Assembly (NCBI GenBank): GCA_043732705.1
Contig: JAYTHE010000043.1
Span: 9,067 to 73,066, forward strand
Direction of reading: 5' to 3'
Length of the DNA stretch: 64,000 nt
Source: Candidatus Omnitrophota bacterium
GTDB lineage: Bacteria; Omnitrophota; Omnitrophia; Omnitrophales; Aquincolibacteriaceae
The translations under genes and the position numbers were made by a program. Shown here in pieces: positions 39,949 to 49,161 of the stretch. Positions within the stretch are counted from its first letter, which is position 1. Each line of letters starts with the position of its first letter. A model generated the notes under the pieces. It worked only from the letters and a program-made list of their open reading frames with translations, ran no database searches and was not told the origin of the DNA.

Positions 39949-40371
39949 ATGCCGGCCGAATCTGTAAAAAAGAAATTTAAGCTTTCCGGCGCGGCCCTCG
40001 CCGTGGCCGCTGTCGTGCTTTTTATTGTCTTCGAACTGTTTTCCGGAATTTCGCCTTCCGCGGTCAGAGTATTGGACGCGCGCGTTACTTTCAAGTTCAC
40101 GGCTTATCACGATAAAGACCAGTATTTTATTTCCTACTCGCTTGAAAACACCAAAAAAACGAAGGCTAAGGCGGTTGTCCGCGTCCAGCTGGGAGAAACT
40201 AGTTTGGGTGGACGGGTTTTTCATGGGGTTCAGGCCCAGAACGACAATGCGGTGCTGGAACCGCTTGAAACCAAAGCTTTTGTTTTGCAAATGGATGTTC
40301 CTAAGAAAGCGCATGACAAGGAACGGGAGCTGGATGTGCGCGCCAAAGTGAAACGCGTCAGCCGATTTTAA
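39949..40371 (+). CDS. Hypothetical membrane-anchored protein
   Basis: N-terminal TM helix then a beta-rich domain; first gene of an apparent operon. Confidence 0.65.
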   Translation: MPAESVKKKFKLSGAALAVAAVVLFIVFELFSGISPSAVRVLDARVTFKFTAYHDKDQYFISYSLENTKKTKAKAVVRVQLGETSLGGRVFHGVQAQNDNAVLEPLETKAFVLQMDVPKKAHDKERELDVRAKVKRVSRF

Positions 40372-40372
40372 A

Positions 40373-41086
40373 ATGCCGATAAAAGCTCATCTGCTGCGTT
40401 GCAGATTTCCGCGAGTTGATTTATCAAATCGCCAAACGATTTCGCTTGTGCGGCGTATTACCGTATACGCCTCCGCGGGCGCTCATCTGCGTCTTGCAGC
40501 TAAACTTTTCTCGGCATTTTATGCAGGCAGCATGTTGGTCATTTTATCAAGCTGCACGGCGATTTATGGCTGGAATATTCACGCGCCCGGAATTCTTTCC
40601 GCCGAATTCGCGCAGGATGTGCCGCAATCGCCGCATCGTGTTGCGCTTTATGTTCCCGAAGGCCAAAAGGAAATTGTTTCAAAAGACAAAGGGACGCGCC
40701 TTTCTGATCCGCAGGCCTATTATCTCGGTGAAGCTTTTGTGCCGATGCTGATCGAATCTTTTCAAAGCGGCTTCAAAGAGTTTGTACTTATGGAAGCCGT
40801 CCCCACGCCTGAAATCATGCGGCAATATGGAATCGAGACTCTCGCGGTTTGTGAAATCAAAGATTTTAAAAACCGTAAAACCATGAAAAGCCAGGGGCTG
40901 GACATTTACACCGACACGACTTTGTTTAATCCCGATTTAAAACTTGTACGCCGGTTTGAAGCGCGCGGTACAAGCGAAGCACCCGGAACTTTCGCCAAAA
41001 AGGGCGGCTTGGAAGTGAATTTGAATGCCGCGATGGAAGGCAACCTCAGGGAAATTGTGATGCAAGTTCAGGAAGCTTTGAAATGA
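40373..41086 (+). CDS. Putative lipoprotein whose N-terminus is derived from an in-frame palindromic element
   Basis: Lipobox LSSC; start codon uncertain. Confidence 0.65.
   Translation: MPIKAHLLRCRFPRVDLSNRQTISLVRRITVYASAGAHLRLAAKLFSAFYAGSMLVILSSCTAIYGWNIHAPGILSAEFAQDVPQSPHRVALYVPEGQKEIVSKDKGTRLSDPQAYYLGEAFVPMLIESFQSGFKEFVLMEAVPTPEIMRQYGIETLAVCEIKDFKNRKTMKSQGLDIYTDTTLFNPDLKLVRRFEARGTSEAPGTFAKKGGLEVNLNAAMEGNLREIVMQVQEALK
40381..40510 (+). repeat. Palindromic element family P, copy 1
   Basis: CATCTGCTGCGTT..TGTGCGGCGTATTACCGTATACGCCTCCGCGGGCGCT..CTTGCAGCT, near-identical to 42641-42745. Confidence 0.85.
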
Positions 41087-41718
41087 CCATGGACTATAGA
41101 CTATGGACAATCGACAAATGGAAGGTCTGTTGTCTATGGTCGATAGTCTATTGTCTCAGCGGCGGTTTATCGCTGAGCGCGAATGAAGTTTTGAATTCGC
41201 GGGAAATTAAAATGCCGGAACGCGGCGCGCAAGTGATGGTGCGCGAAAATTCAAAAACGGGTACGCCTTATATTGTGCTGAGCGACCCGCTGAATCCGCG
41301 TAAAGATTTGGCGTTGCTTGATTCCAATAAGTATCGCCGTCCGGATTACCGCATGCTACAAAAAGGTGTGAATGCCAAAGACGTGAATTATGACGGGCCG
41401 TACAGCTCCAAGAAAAAAATTTATATTCTTGCCGCAACCCTTGCAACTGCCGGAGCCACGGCGGCCGTGGTCGGGCCGGCGTTATTTCCGGCTGCCGCGG
41501 CAACGGGAGCTGTGGGCAGCGCGGCCGGCCCCGCGATTGCGGCGGGCGTGGGCGGCAGTGCTTTAGCGGCAGCGGCGAATGCTTATCAAGAGCATTACAA
41601 GAATCTGCCTGATGATTACAATCGTGAGTCTGAATCAAAGATTATTGAGACCGAAACCGATTTTTACAAAATGCATGTTGCAAAGGTGAAGAGCACACCT
41701 TTGCAAGGCCAAAACTAA
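41083..41718 (+). CDS. Hypothetical exported/membrane protein with an Ala/Gly-rich hydrophobic segment
   Basis: ATGA overlap with the upstream gene; N-terminus encoded by a heptamer palindrome. Confidence 0.65.
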   Translation: MTMDYRLWTIDKWKVCCLWSIVYCLSGGLSLSANEVLNSREIKMPERGAQVMVRENSKTGTPYIVLSDPLNPRKDLALLDSNKYRRPDYRMLQKGVNAKDVNYDGPYSSKKKIYILAATLATAGATAAVVGPALFPAAAATGAVGSAAGPAIAAGVGGSALAAAANAYQEHYKNLPDDYNRESESKIIETETDFYKMHVAKVKSTPLQGQN

Positions 41719-41797
41719 AATCTTAAAGCTTAAAACTATAACTTAAAGCCCAAAGCTGTTCGGTCAGTTTTGAGCTTTGACCTTTAACCTTTGAGTT
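41711..41797. repeat. Family H copy 2
   Basis: AAAACTATAACTTAAAGCCCAAAGCTGTTCGGTCAGTTTTGA. Confidence 0.8.
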
Positions 41798-41810
41798 CGC
41801 CGGAGTCGTG

Positions 41811-42641
41811 ATGCCCGAACTGCCTGAAGTTGAAACTGTCAGAAAAGATTTGATCCGCTTGGGTTTGCCGGGACACGTGATTCAAAGCGCGGATTTATTT
41901 TGGCATCGCACGCTTGCGGTCCCGTCCTTGAAAGAGTTTCAGGAAAAAATTGCCGGGGCAAAAATCAAAGACCTCGCAAGGCGCGGCAAGTATCTCATTT
42001 TCAATTTAGACAAAGGATGCCTCATTATGCATTTGCGGATGAGCGGGCGTATTGATTTTAAAACCAAACCTTTTGATCCGCGCGTGCATGACCGGGCACG
42101 GCTGGTATTCTCGGATGGCGCGCAATTGCTTTTTCACGATACGCGCAAATTCGGCCGCTGGTATTTTACGGATGATGCCGAGAAGATTGTCGGCAAGCTC
42201 GGTATTGAGCCGATGGATAAAAAATTTACCGCGGCTTGGCTGGCGGGAAAATTGAAAAATAAAAAGCGCACGTTAAAGCCGCTGCTTTTGGACCAAACTT
42301 TGGTGGCGGGTATCGGTAATATTTATGCTGACGAAGCGCTGTGGTACGCGAAGCTCAATCCCACGATTAATTCTTCGCGGCTAAATGACGCGGAAATTCA
42401 AGCTTTGCACGCGGGGATTGTCAAAGCGATTTCAGCTGGAATAAAAAATGCAGGAACTTCCATGGGCGAGGGCAAAGCGAACTTCTACAGCGTCGGCGGC
42501 AAACGCGGCAGCAACCAGGAAGCCCTCAAAGTTTTCCGCAGAACAGGCGAGCCATGCCCGGCCTGTCGTGTTAGAATCGAGCGCATCATTGTTGGCCAAC
42601 GCAGTACGCATTTCTGTCCATCATGTCAGAAAAACCGATAA
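41811..42641 (+). CDS. mutM: Formamidopyrimidine-DNA glycosylase
   Basis: MPELPEVE, RRGKY, HLRMSG, GIGNIYADE, C-terminal zinc finger. Confidence 0.97.
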   Translation: MPELPEVETVRKDLIRLGLPGHVIQSADLFWHRTLAVPSLKEFQEKIAGAKIKDLARRGKYLIFNLDKGCLIMHLRMSGRIDFKTKPFDPRVHDRARLVFSDGAQLLFHDTRKFGRWYFTDDAEKIVGKLGIEPMDKKFTAAWLAGKLKNKKRTLKPLLLDQTLVAGIGNIYADEALWYAKLNPTINSSRLNDAEIQALHAGIVKAISAGIKNAGTSMGEGKANFYSVGGKRGSNQEALKVFRRTGEPCPACRVRIERIIVGQRSTHFCPSCQKNR

Positions 42642-42745
42642 AAAAATTCATCTGCTGCGTTATGCGCTGCGCTTTCTTGTGCGGCGTATTACCGCATACG
42701 CCTCCGCGGGCGCTTGCGCAAGCCTTGCAGCTGAAGCTTTTTTAG
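42641..42745 (+). repeat. Palindromic element family P, copy 2
   Basis: Near-identical core to 40381-40510. Confidence 0.85.
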
Positions 42746-42769
42746 CGGTTTTTAAATACAAGGATCAAA

Positions 42770-43189
42770 ATGGAAGCTCAATATAAAACCGCAAGAACGC
42801 TGACAATCGCTATGATTGCCGCTGTTTTTCTTTACGGCGCAATTGCTTTTGTATTGAAAGGCCAGGGTTATGGGGCGACTTCCGAAGGTAAAATGAATTT
42901 TATGCGGATGATCGTCGCTTTCGTGGTGATTGTTCAAATTATGCTGGCTTTTGCGATGCATAAAATGATGGGCGCCTTAACGGACAAAAAGCGCTTGGTT
43001 ACGTTTCAAATCATGATTAATGCTTTTTGCGAGGCGGTCGCTTTATTTGGGCTTGTTCTTTTTTTTATCAGCAAAAATTTTATGGATTACGCGGTTTTTG
43101 CCGTAATTTCACTCGGCGCCTTTGCTTGTTTCTTTCCGCGTCGTGAAAAATGGATTACAGATTCTGTCAATCCGAACAGGGGAATTTAA
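42770..43189 (+). CDS. Hypothetical 4-TM membrane protein
   Basis: Four hydrophobic helices; AAGGA RBS. Confidence 0.75.
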   Translation: MEAQYKTARTLTIAMIAAVFLYGAIAFVLKGQGYGATSEGKMNFMRMIVAFVVIVQIMLAFAMHKMMGALTDKKRLVTFQIMINAFCEAVALFGLVLFFISKNFMDYAVFAVISLGAFACFFPRREKWITDSVNPNRGI

Positions 43190-43507
43190 ATGACTGAAAT
43201 TATTGTCTTGGCCCATGCGCGTTCGAAAAACGGCAGGGAAGTTGAACTTGAAAAAACAGTGCGCGCGGCGATTAAGCCGACGCATGCCGAAGCAGGCTGT
43301 TTGAAATATGCTTTTCATCAATCCGTTGCTGACAAGCAGACATTCGTGATGATTGAAAAATGGGCTTCTCAGGAAGCGCTTGACCAGCATTTAAAGGCGT
43401 CGCATATTGTGGAGCTATTTAAAAAATTGCCTGATTTGCTACAGAGGCCCATGCAAATTCAAATTTATAAAGCTCTCCTCGACGGCTCTCCCGAAAAACT
43501 ACTTTAG
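43190..43507 (+). CDS. Putative quinol monooxygenase (ABM domain)
   Basis: EAGCLKY, EKWASQEALDQH..H. Confidence 0.88.
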   Translation: MTEIIVLAHARSKNGREVELEKTVRAAIKPTHAEAGCLKYAFHQSVADKQTFVMIEKWASQEALDQHLKASHIVELFKKLPDLLQRPMQIQIYKALLDGSPEKLL

Positions 43508-43510
43508 TAA

Positions 43511-43619
43511 CTAAAAATTTAAATCTAAAAGCTCAAAGCTATAACGCAGAATATAAAATGTTCGAAACGATTTTAAGTCTTGCGCCATAGTTTTGGCCTT
43601 TTAGCTATTAGCTTTAACC
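43511..43619. repeat. Family H copy 3
   Basis: A-rich heptamer left arm, TGTTCGAAAC centre, T-rich complementary right arm. Confidence 0.7.
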
Positions 43620-43628
43620 TAGGAATAT

Positions 43629-45557
43629 ATGGCTCTCATTAGTCTGCAAGGTGTCTCGCTCGCATTTGGAGGCCCCAAACTTTTCGATGAAATGACGCTT
43701 CAAATCGAGCTCGGCGAGCGCGTCGCATTACTCGGCCGCAACGGCACGGGCAAAACCACTTTGATGCGCGTGATCGCGAAAGAAATTTCTCTGAATGAAG
43801 GTAATATCATTTATCAAAAGGGAATTAGTGTTGCTTATTTGCCGCAAGAAGTGCCGGTGGATTTGAAAGGGACTGTCTTTGATGTCGTGCTGTCCGGTTT
43901 GGGCGAGCAGGTGAAACTTGTAAAAGATTATCATCATGTCGCGCATGCGCTTGAAACTGAATACACTGAGCAGCTGATGAAGCGCCTAGATACCTTACAG
44001 TCCGAAATGGACCGCACCAACGGCTGGGAAATTAATCAACAGGTTGAACAGGTTGTGGCCCAGCTCCGGCTTGACCCCGAAAGCGATTTTGGAACTTTGT
44101 CCGGAGGTCAAAAGCGTCGAGCTCTTTTAGCAAGAGCGTTAGTCTTAAAGCCCGATTGTTTACTTTTGGATGAGCCGACCAACCACTTAGATATTGAGTC
44201 TATCGATTGGCTTGAAGCCTTTCTTAAGGAGTTTAAGGGGACGATTATTTTTGTGACCCATGACCGTATGTTTATGAATCGGCTCGCGACCACGATCGTG
44301 GAGCTTGATCGCGGCAAGCTTTTCAGCTGGTCTTGCGATTATCAAACATTTTTAGAGCGCAAACAAATGGCGCTTGATGCCGAAGCGGCCGAGGGCGCAC
44401 GCTTTGACAAGAAACTAGCGCAGGAAGAAGTTTGGATTCGTCAGGGGATTAAAGCCCGTCGAACTCGCAATGAAGGCCGCGTGCGCGAACTTGAAAAGCT
44501 GCGGCTGCAAAAAAAAGCTCAACGTAAGCACATTGGCAAAGTCAAAATGCAGGCGCAGGAAGCGGACGTTTCGGGCCAGGCTGTGACCAAGGCCGACCAT
44601 ATTTATCAGGCCTATGGCGATAAAAATTTGATCGAAAATTTTTCAACGCGGATTATGCGCGGCGACAAAATCGGAATCATTGGCGCGAACGGCAGCGGCA
44701 AGACGACTTTGCTTAAAATTTTATTGGGACAGCTTCAGCCGCAAAAAGGCACCGTGCATTTGGGAACGAATTTGCAAATCGCCTATTACGATCAGCTGCG
44801 CGAAGAACTTGACGGCGAAAAAACCGTAATGCAGAACGTCGCAGACGAAGGCGATTTTGTGACGATTAACGGCAAGCCGCGCCATGCGATGGGCTATTTG
44901 ATGGATTTTTTATTTTCGCCCGACCGCGCGCGCACCCCCGCGAAAGTTTTATCAGGTGGTGAACGCAACCGTCTTTTCCTGGCCCGTCTTTTTACCAAAC
45001 CCTGCAATGTGCTTGTGATGGATGAACCAACCAATGACCTTGATATTGAAACGTTGGAATTGCTCGAAGAGCTGATCATTGAATATTCCGGGACTGTGAT
45101 TGTTGTGAGCCATGACCGCGAATTTTTAAATAAAGTCGTGACGTCAACGATTGTGCTCGACGGCAAAGGCAAAATCGAAGAATACATCGGCGGTTATGAC
45201 GACTGGGTTGTGCAGCACAATGCGAAAAAGGCTACGGTTCAGGAAGAGCTGGAAAGAGAAGAAGAAAAAGAGCCTCCGAAAAAAGAAGCCGAACAGAAGC
45301 CCGTAAAAGAAGCTCCCGCGAAAAAGAAGCTGACTATGGCGGAAAAGCTGGAGCTCGAAAAACTTCCGGCACAAATCGAAAAGCTCGAAGCCGAGCAAAA
45401 AGAAATTTATTTAAAAATGGCTTATCCTATTTTCCGCCATGGGAAACCCGAAGAGATTAAAGAAACTACGGACCGGCTTAAGAAAATTGAAAAAGAATTG
45501 CTGCCGGAGGCCTATGCTCGCTGGGAAGCGTTAGAAGCGCTGAAGAAGTCTCTCTAA
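43629..45557 (+). CDS. uup: ABC-F family ATPase, Uup-like
   Basis: Two ABC cassettes, EEVWIRQGIKARRTRNEGRVR linker, C-terminal coiled coil ending RWEALE. Confidence 0.9.
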   Translation: MALISLQGVSLAFGGPKLFDEMTLQIELGERVALLGRNGTGKTTLMRVIAKEISLNEGNIIYQKGISVAYLPQEVPVDLKGTVFDVVLSGLGEQVKLVKDYHHVAHALETEYTEQLMKRLDTLQSEMDRTNGWEINQQVEQVVAQLRLDPESDFGTLSGGQKRRALLARALVLKPDCLLLDEPTNHLDIESIDWLEAFLKEFKGTIIFVTHDRMFMNRLATTIVELDRGKLFSWSCDYQTFLERKQMALDAEAAEGARFDKKLAQEEVWIRQGIKARRTRNEGRVRELEKLRLQKKAQRKHIGKVKMQAQEADVSGQAVTKADHIYQAYGDKNLIENFSTRIMRGDKIGIIGANGSGKTTLLKILLGQLQPQKGTVHLGTNLQIAYYDQLREELDGEKTVMQNVADEGDFVTINGKPRHAMGYLMDFLFSPDRARTPAKVLSGGERNRLFLARLFTKPCNVLVMDEPTNDLDIETLELLEELIIEYSGTVIVVSHDREFLNKVVTSTIVLDGKGKIEEYIGGYDDWVVQHNAKKATVQEELEREEEKEPPKKEAEQKPVKEAPAKKKLTMAEKLELEKLPAQIEKLEAEQKEIYLKMAYPIFRHGKPEEIKETTDRLKKIEKELLPEAYARWEALEALKKSL

Positions 45558-45569
45558 ACTCGCAAGCTG

Positions 45570-45815
45570 CGGCAGAAGCAAAAAGAAACAATCAGAGGGC
45601 TCAAACAGTCCTCGGCTTCGCCTGCGGAACTCGCCCTCTTATTATTTCTTTTTACTTTTCAGCCAAAGTGGGGTGGAGGCAAGAAGCAGAGAAGCAAAGT
45701 GCGCTGCTAAGTAATTTGAAATGCTGCCTGCGTTATGCCTGCCGTAGGTCTCAAGGCTTTCTAAGTAGCTTCCTGTCATATCTTCTTTTGGTTCTGCAAA
45801 GCAGTGCCAAAAGAA
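45570..45815 (+). repeat. Family L copy D
   Basis: GCTCAAACA..GAACTCG, GCAGAGAAGC/GCTTCCTGT, terminal hairpin; closest to copy C. Confidence 0.85.
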
Positions 45816-45875
45816 AAGTTGTAGAAATATTGCAGCTTATGCGGTTGAGCGAAGCTCAGAGCGTAAATATTACAG

Positions 45876-46619
45876 TCACAGTGAGCGCAGGTATTTTTCG
45901 TAAGCGGTGCCGATCATATTTGAAGTAACCGCGTAAGTTTCTTCGCCGACGACCTGCCCGGCGCTGATCATGCCGAGTAAATTGCCGTTGCCGTCGAGGA
46001 TGGGCGAGCCGCTGTCTCCGTGATAGGCCTTGAAGTTAATTTGCAGCGATGTGACACGCATGGCTCCGTCAATCTTTTCAAAACCAAGCGCGCTGATTTT
46101 TCCGCCTGTGAGCGTTCCTTTAATCCACTGCGCGCGTCCCATCGCGTAAACATCCATGCCCACCGGCGCGGCGTCAGAATTTGCGAATCGAATGGTGTCG
46201 AGCGCGAACGGCGGAGTGACCGAAATAAAAGCCGTATCTTGTCCGGCTACTTGATGCAGAATTTTTGCAGGCAATTTGGTTCCGTCAAAAAGTGTGACGG
46301 TGATATTTTTTTTGTTCTTGAGTGTATGGGCTGCAGTGACAATGACTCCGTTTGAGCTGAGAACAATTCCTCCGCCGATTTGAACGGCCGCAACGCGGTG
46401 CATTCTCTGAATGACTAAAATTCTGCCGGTGGCGGGATCCCGCACGGCCTGTGGTTTGCCGTCCTTATAAATCGCGGCGTCAATAGCTTCAATGCTGACG
46501 ACGGCTTTGCCTTTTTGAATGACTTGATGCAGGGGAGATTCCTGCGACTCCTCCGCAAATGAAGAAGCTGCAAAAAACACGCATAAAAGAAAGACGGATA
46601 CAAACCTGTTTATTTTCAT
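45876..46619 (-). CDS. Exported trypsin-like (S1C) serine protease without PDZ domain
   Basis: Signal peptide; TAAH, D(TAFI) and GDSGSP catalytic triad. Confidence 0.9.
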   Translation of the reverse strand: MKINRFVSVFLLCVFFAASSFAEESQESPLHQVIQKGKAVVSIEAIDAAIYKDGKPQAVRDPATGRILVIQRMHRVAAVQIGGGIVLSSNGVIVTAAHTLKNKKNITVTLFDGTKLPAKILHQVAGQDTAFISVTPPFALDTIRFANSDAAPVGMDVYAMGRAQWIKGTLTGGKISALGFEKIDGAMRVTSLQINFKAYHGDSGSPILDGNGNLLGMISAGQVVGEETYAVTSNMIGTAYEKYLRSL

Positions 46620-46670
46620 CGGCCTATTCTATACTTTTACCGCATCAAAAAACATTCACCTATAGCCAAT

Positions 46671-46898
46671 ATGCCCAATCAATCTGAAAAAGATCCATTA
46701 CACGGCGTAACGCTTGAGCAAATTCTGGAAAAGCTCGTCGCGCATTACGGCTGGGAAGAACTGGGTAAGTTTGTGAAGATTAATAGTTTTCGCTTTGACC
46801 CGAGCATCACTTCAAGCCTGCGTTTTCTGCGTAAGACGCCTTGGGCCCGCAAACAGGTCGAAGAGCTTTATATCGTGTCCCTACCGGACATGGTTTGA
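46671..46898 (+). CDS. VF530/DUF2132 family protein
   Basis: [35 protein letters not shown]. Confidence 0.9.
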   Translation: MPNQSEKDPLHGVTLEQILEKLVAHYGWEELGKFVKINSFRFDPSITSSLRFLRKTPWARKQVEELYIVSLPDMV

Positions 46899-46920
46899 TT
46901 TATTTTTGGAAAAATTGAAG

Positions 46921-49077
46921 ATGATTAATGCTGTATTAAGATGGAGCGGCCAAAACCCGAAGAAAGCAGCCGGGCTGACAATTCTTGTTTGCTTTGGGCT
47001 GACCTTTTTTTCCGGTATGATTTTTCTGCGTGTTGTCGATCTCCGGCCGAAGGTCGAAGGCAGTTTCTTTTTTTCCGAAAAAGACCCTCAATATCGCGCG
47101 GATCTTCTCATCTCAAAAATTTTTCCTCAGCCCCTGCAGGTTATTATTGGTGTGAAGGGCGACCTGCACGCTCCGGAATATCTCGAAAAAATCAAAGCTA
47201 TTTCAAATGAACTTGAAAGCCTTCCGGAAGTTTCCGGAGTTCAGTCTTTAACCAAAGGCCCCAAGAATCTGCAGGATGCCGAAACCAGCCCGCTCTGGAG
47301 GCGGATTCTTTTCGCGACCGACGGCCAATCTTCTTTTATTTCCATTTTTATAAAAAACGGTGAAACCCAAACAGCCGTCGAAAAAATCGAAAAAATTAAA
47401 GAAAAATTTCAGCGACAGGGAACAAAAATAATGATTGCCGGCGGGCCTTACGCAACTGAATTGATTGCCCGCAATCTTCTGCGGGATTTAGAATTATTCA
47501 GCGGCGCGGCGCTGGTTATTTTTGGCATTGTGCTGCTGATTATTTTCCGCAGTTTCACGGTTCTTCTCGGAACTTTAATCGCATGTTTGAACTCCAGCGC
47601 GCTGACATTGATCGCGGCGCATTTTATGCATATTCCGATCGGACCGTTAACCGCTAATCTCTCAACCATGGTTTTTGTTTTAACTTTATCGCCGATTGTT
47701 TTTTTAACGTTTAACTGGAAGAAAATTTTATTAAAAAAAGCAAACACGGGACTGGCCGCGGTGTGGGAAGCGGTGAAGGTCACGGCGTTCCCGTCTTTTT
47801 GGAGTATGTCGACAACCTTCATCGGTTTTGGCAGCCTGCTATTTGTTAAGGCCGAGCCGATGCGGCAGTTGGGGTTATCTGGCGCGGTCGGGGCGATTAT
47901 TGCTTTTCTCTCGGCCTATATTTTTTATCCCTGGTTTTTGCCGCTAGCTGAAAAAACCGCAGGCGTGACCCATTCAAAAGGGGACTTGGATTTAAAATTT
48001 AAAGCTTTTTTCAGCCACAAACACGGACGGCTTGCCGCCGGCATGATCCTGCTGACATTGCTTGCTTCGATTGGAATGCGGCATATCAATACCGATCCTG
48101 ATTTGGTTTCCTACTTTAAAAAGGGCAGCGAGCTTCGCAGTGGTTTGGAATATGTCGATACGCATGGCGGTAGCAGTCCTATCAAAATGGTTGTGTCCGA
48201 CTGCGGCAAAGAACCGTTTAATACCGAAAAAGCCTACCAAAGACTTCAAGCGCTGAACGAGGCCCTTGAAAAAGCGCCAGCGGTTGGGAATGTCGTTTCT
48301 CTGCCCGTGGTTCTGGCCGAAGGCCGGCGTTCGCCGATGAGTTTTTTGATTTCCACAAAATGGCTGCTGAAAATTATGGAAAGCCCCAAGTTCGGGCAAA
48401 TTGCGAAATATTTTGTTTCGGAAGACCGAAGCCAGGCCTTTTTTGTTTTGATGATGCAGGAAAGCGGGCGTCTGATGCCGCGCGAAAAAATCATTGAGAG
48501 CGTGCGCGAAATTTTAAGCAATCAAGGATTTAACGCCGACATCATCGGGGGAGCTTATGTTCTGCAGTCCAAACTTTCCGAGCTGGTCGGCTCCAGCCTG
48601 ATAGAAGGGATTATCCTGCTGCTGATTTTATTTGTAGCGATGGTTTGGATGCTTTCAAAATCAATTCAGGTCGCGGCCGCGCTGCTGGTCAGTTTGGTTG
48701 TTATTCCCGTAAGTATTTTAGGGCTGGTCGGCTTTTTAAAAATTCCGATTGATGTGATTTCCGCCCCGGCGGTGAATTTGGCAATCGGCATCGGCGTGGA
48801 CGCCATGATTTATATGTCGGTTTTCGCGCGCCGCTCCAACGCGGGGAAAATTAATTCATGGAAAGTATGGGCGCAGGTTTGCGGCGAGCTTTGGCGGCCG
48901 ATCGGCACCTCGCTGCTGGTGGTTTGCTCGGGCTTCGGAATTTTTATGCTGTCGCAATTTCCGCCTACCCAGAGATTTGGTTTTTTCGTGATCTGCGGAT
49001 CTTTGGCCGCAGCGTCGTCGGCGATATTGATTTTCCCCTGGCTTGCCAGCCTTTCCCGGACCAAAGCGGAAGCTTGA
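46921..49077 (+). CDS. MMPL/RND-family membrane transporter
   Basis: Duplicated TM + periplasmic architecture; GIGVD motif in the second half. Confidence 0.85.
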   Translation: MINAVLRWSGQNPKKAAGLTILVCFGLTFFSGMIFLRVVDLRPKVEGSFFFSEKDPQYRADLLISKIFPQPLQVIIGVKGDLHAPEYLEKIKAISNELESLPEVSGVQSLTKGPKNLQDAETSPLWRRILFATDGQSSFISIFIKNGETQTAVEKIEKIKEKFQRQGTKIMIAGGPYATELIARNLLRDLELFSGAALVIFGIVLLIIFRSFTVLLGTLIACLNSSALTLIAAHFMHIPIGPLTANLSTMVFVLTLSPIVFLTFNWKKILLKKANTGLAAVWEAVKVTAFPSFWSMSTTFIGFGSLLFVKAEPMRQLGLSGAVGAIIAFLSAYIFYPWFLPLAEKTAGVTHSKGDLDLKFKAFFSHKHGRLAAGMILLTLLASIGMRHINTDPDLVSYFKKGSELRSGLEYVDTHGGSSPIKMVVSDCGKEPFNTEKAYQRLQALNEALEKAPAVGNVVSLPVVLAEGRRSPMSFLISTKWLLKIMESPKFGQIAKYFVSEDRSQAFFVLMMQESGRLMPREKIIESVREILSNQGFNADIIGGAYVLQSKLSELVGSSLIEGIILLLILFVAMVWMLSKSIQVAAALLVSLVVIPVSILGLVGFLKIPIDVISAPAVNLAIGIGVDAMIYMSVFARRSNAGKINSWKVWAQVCGELWRPIGTSLLVVCSGFGIFMLSQFPPTQRFGFFVICGSLAAASSAILIFPWLASLSRTKAEA

Positions 49078-49161
49078 TTTCTCCTCCTATATAGGGTAGT
49101 TTCACGCGCTCAAATTTAAGAAAAAGGATACGGTTGCGCCTTTGGCGCAGAGTCAAAACAA

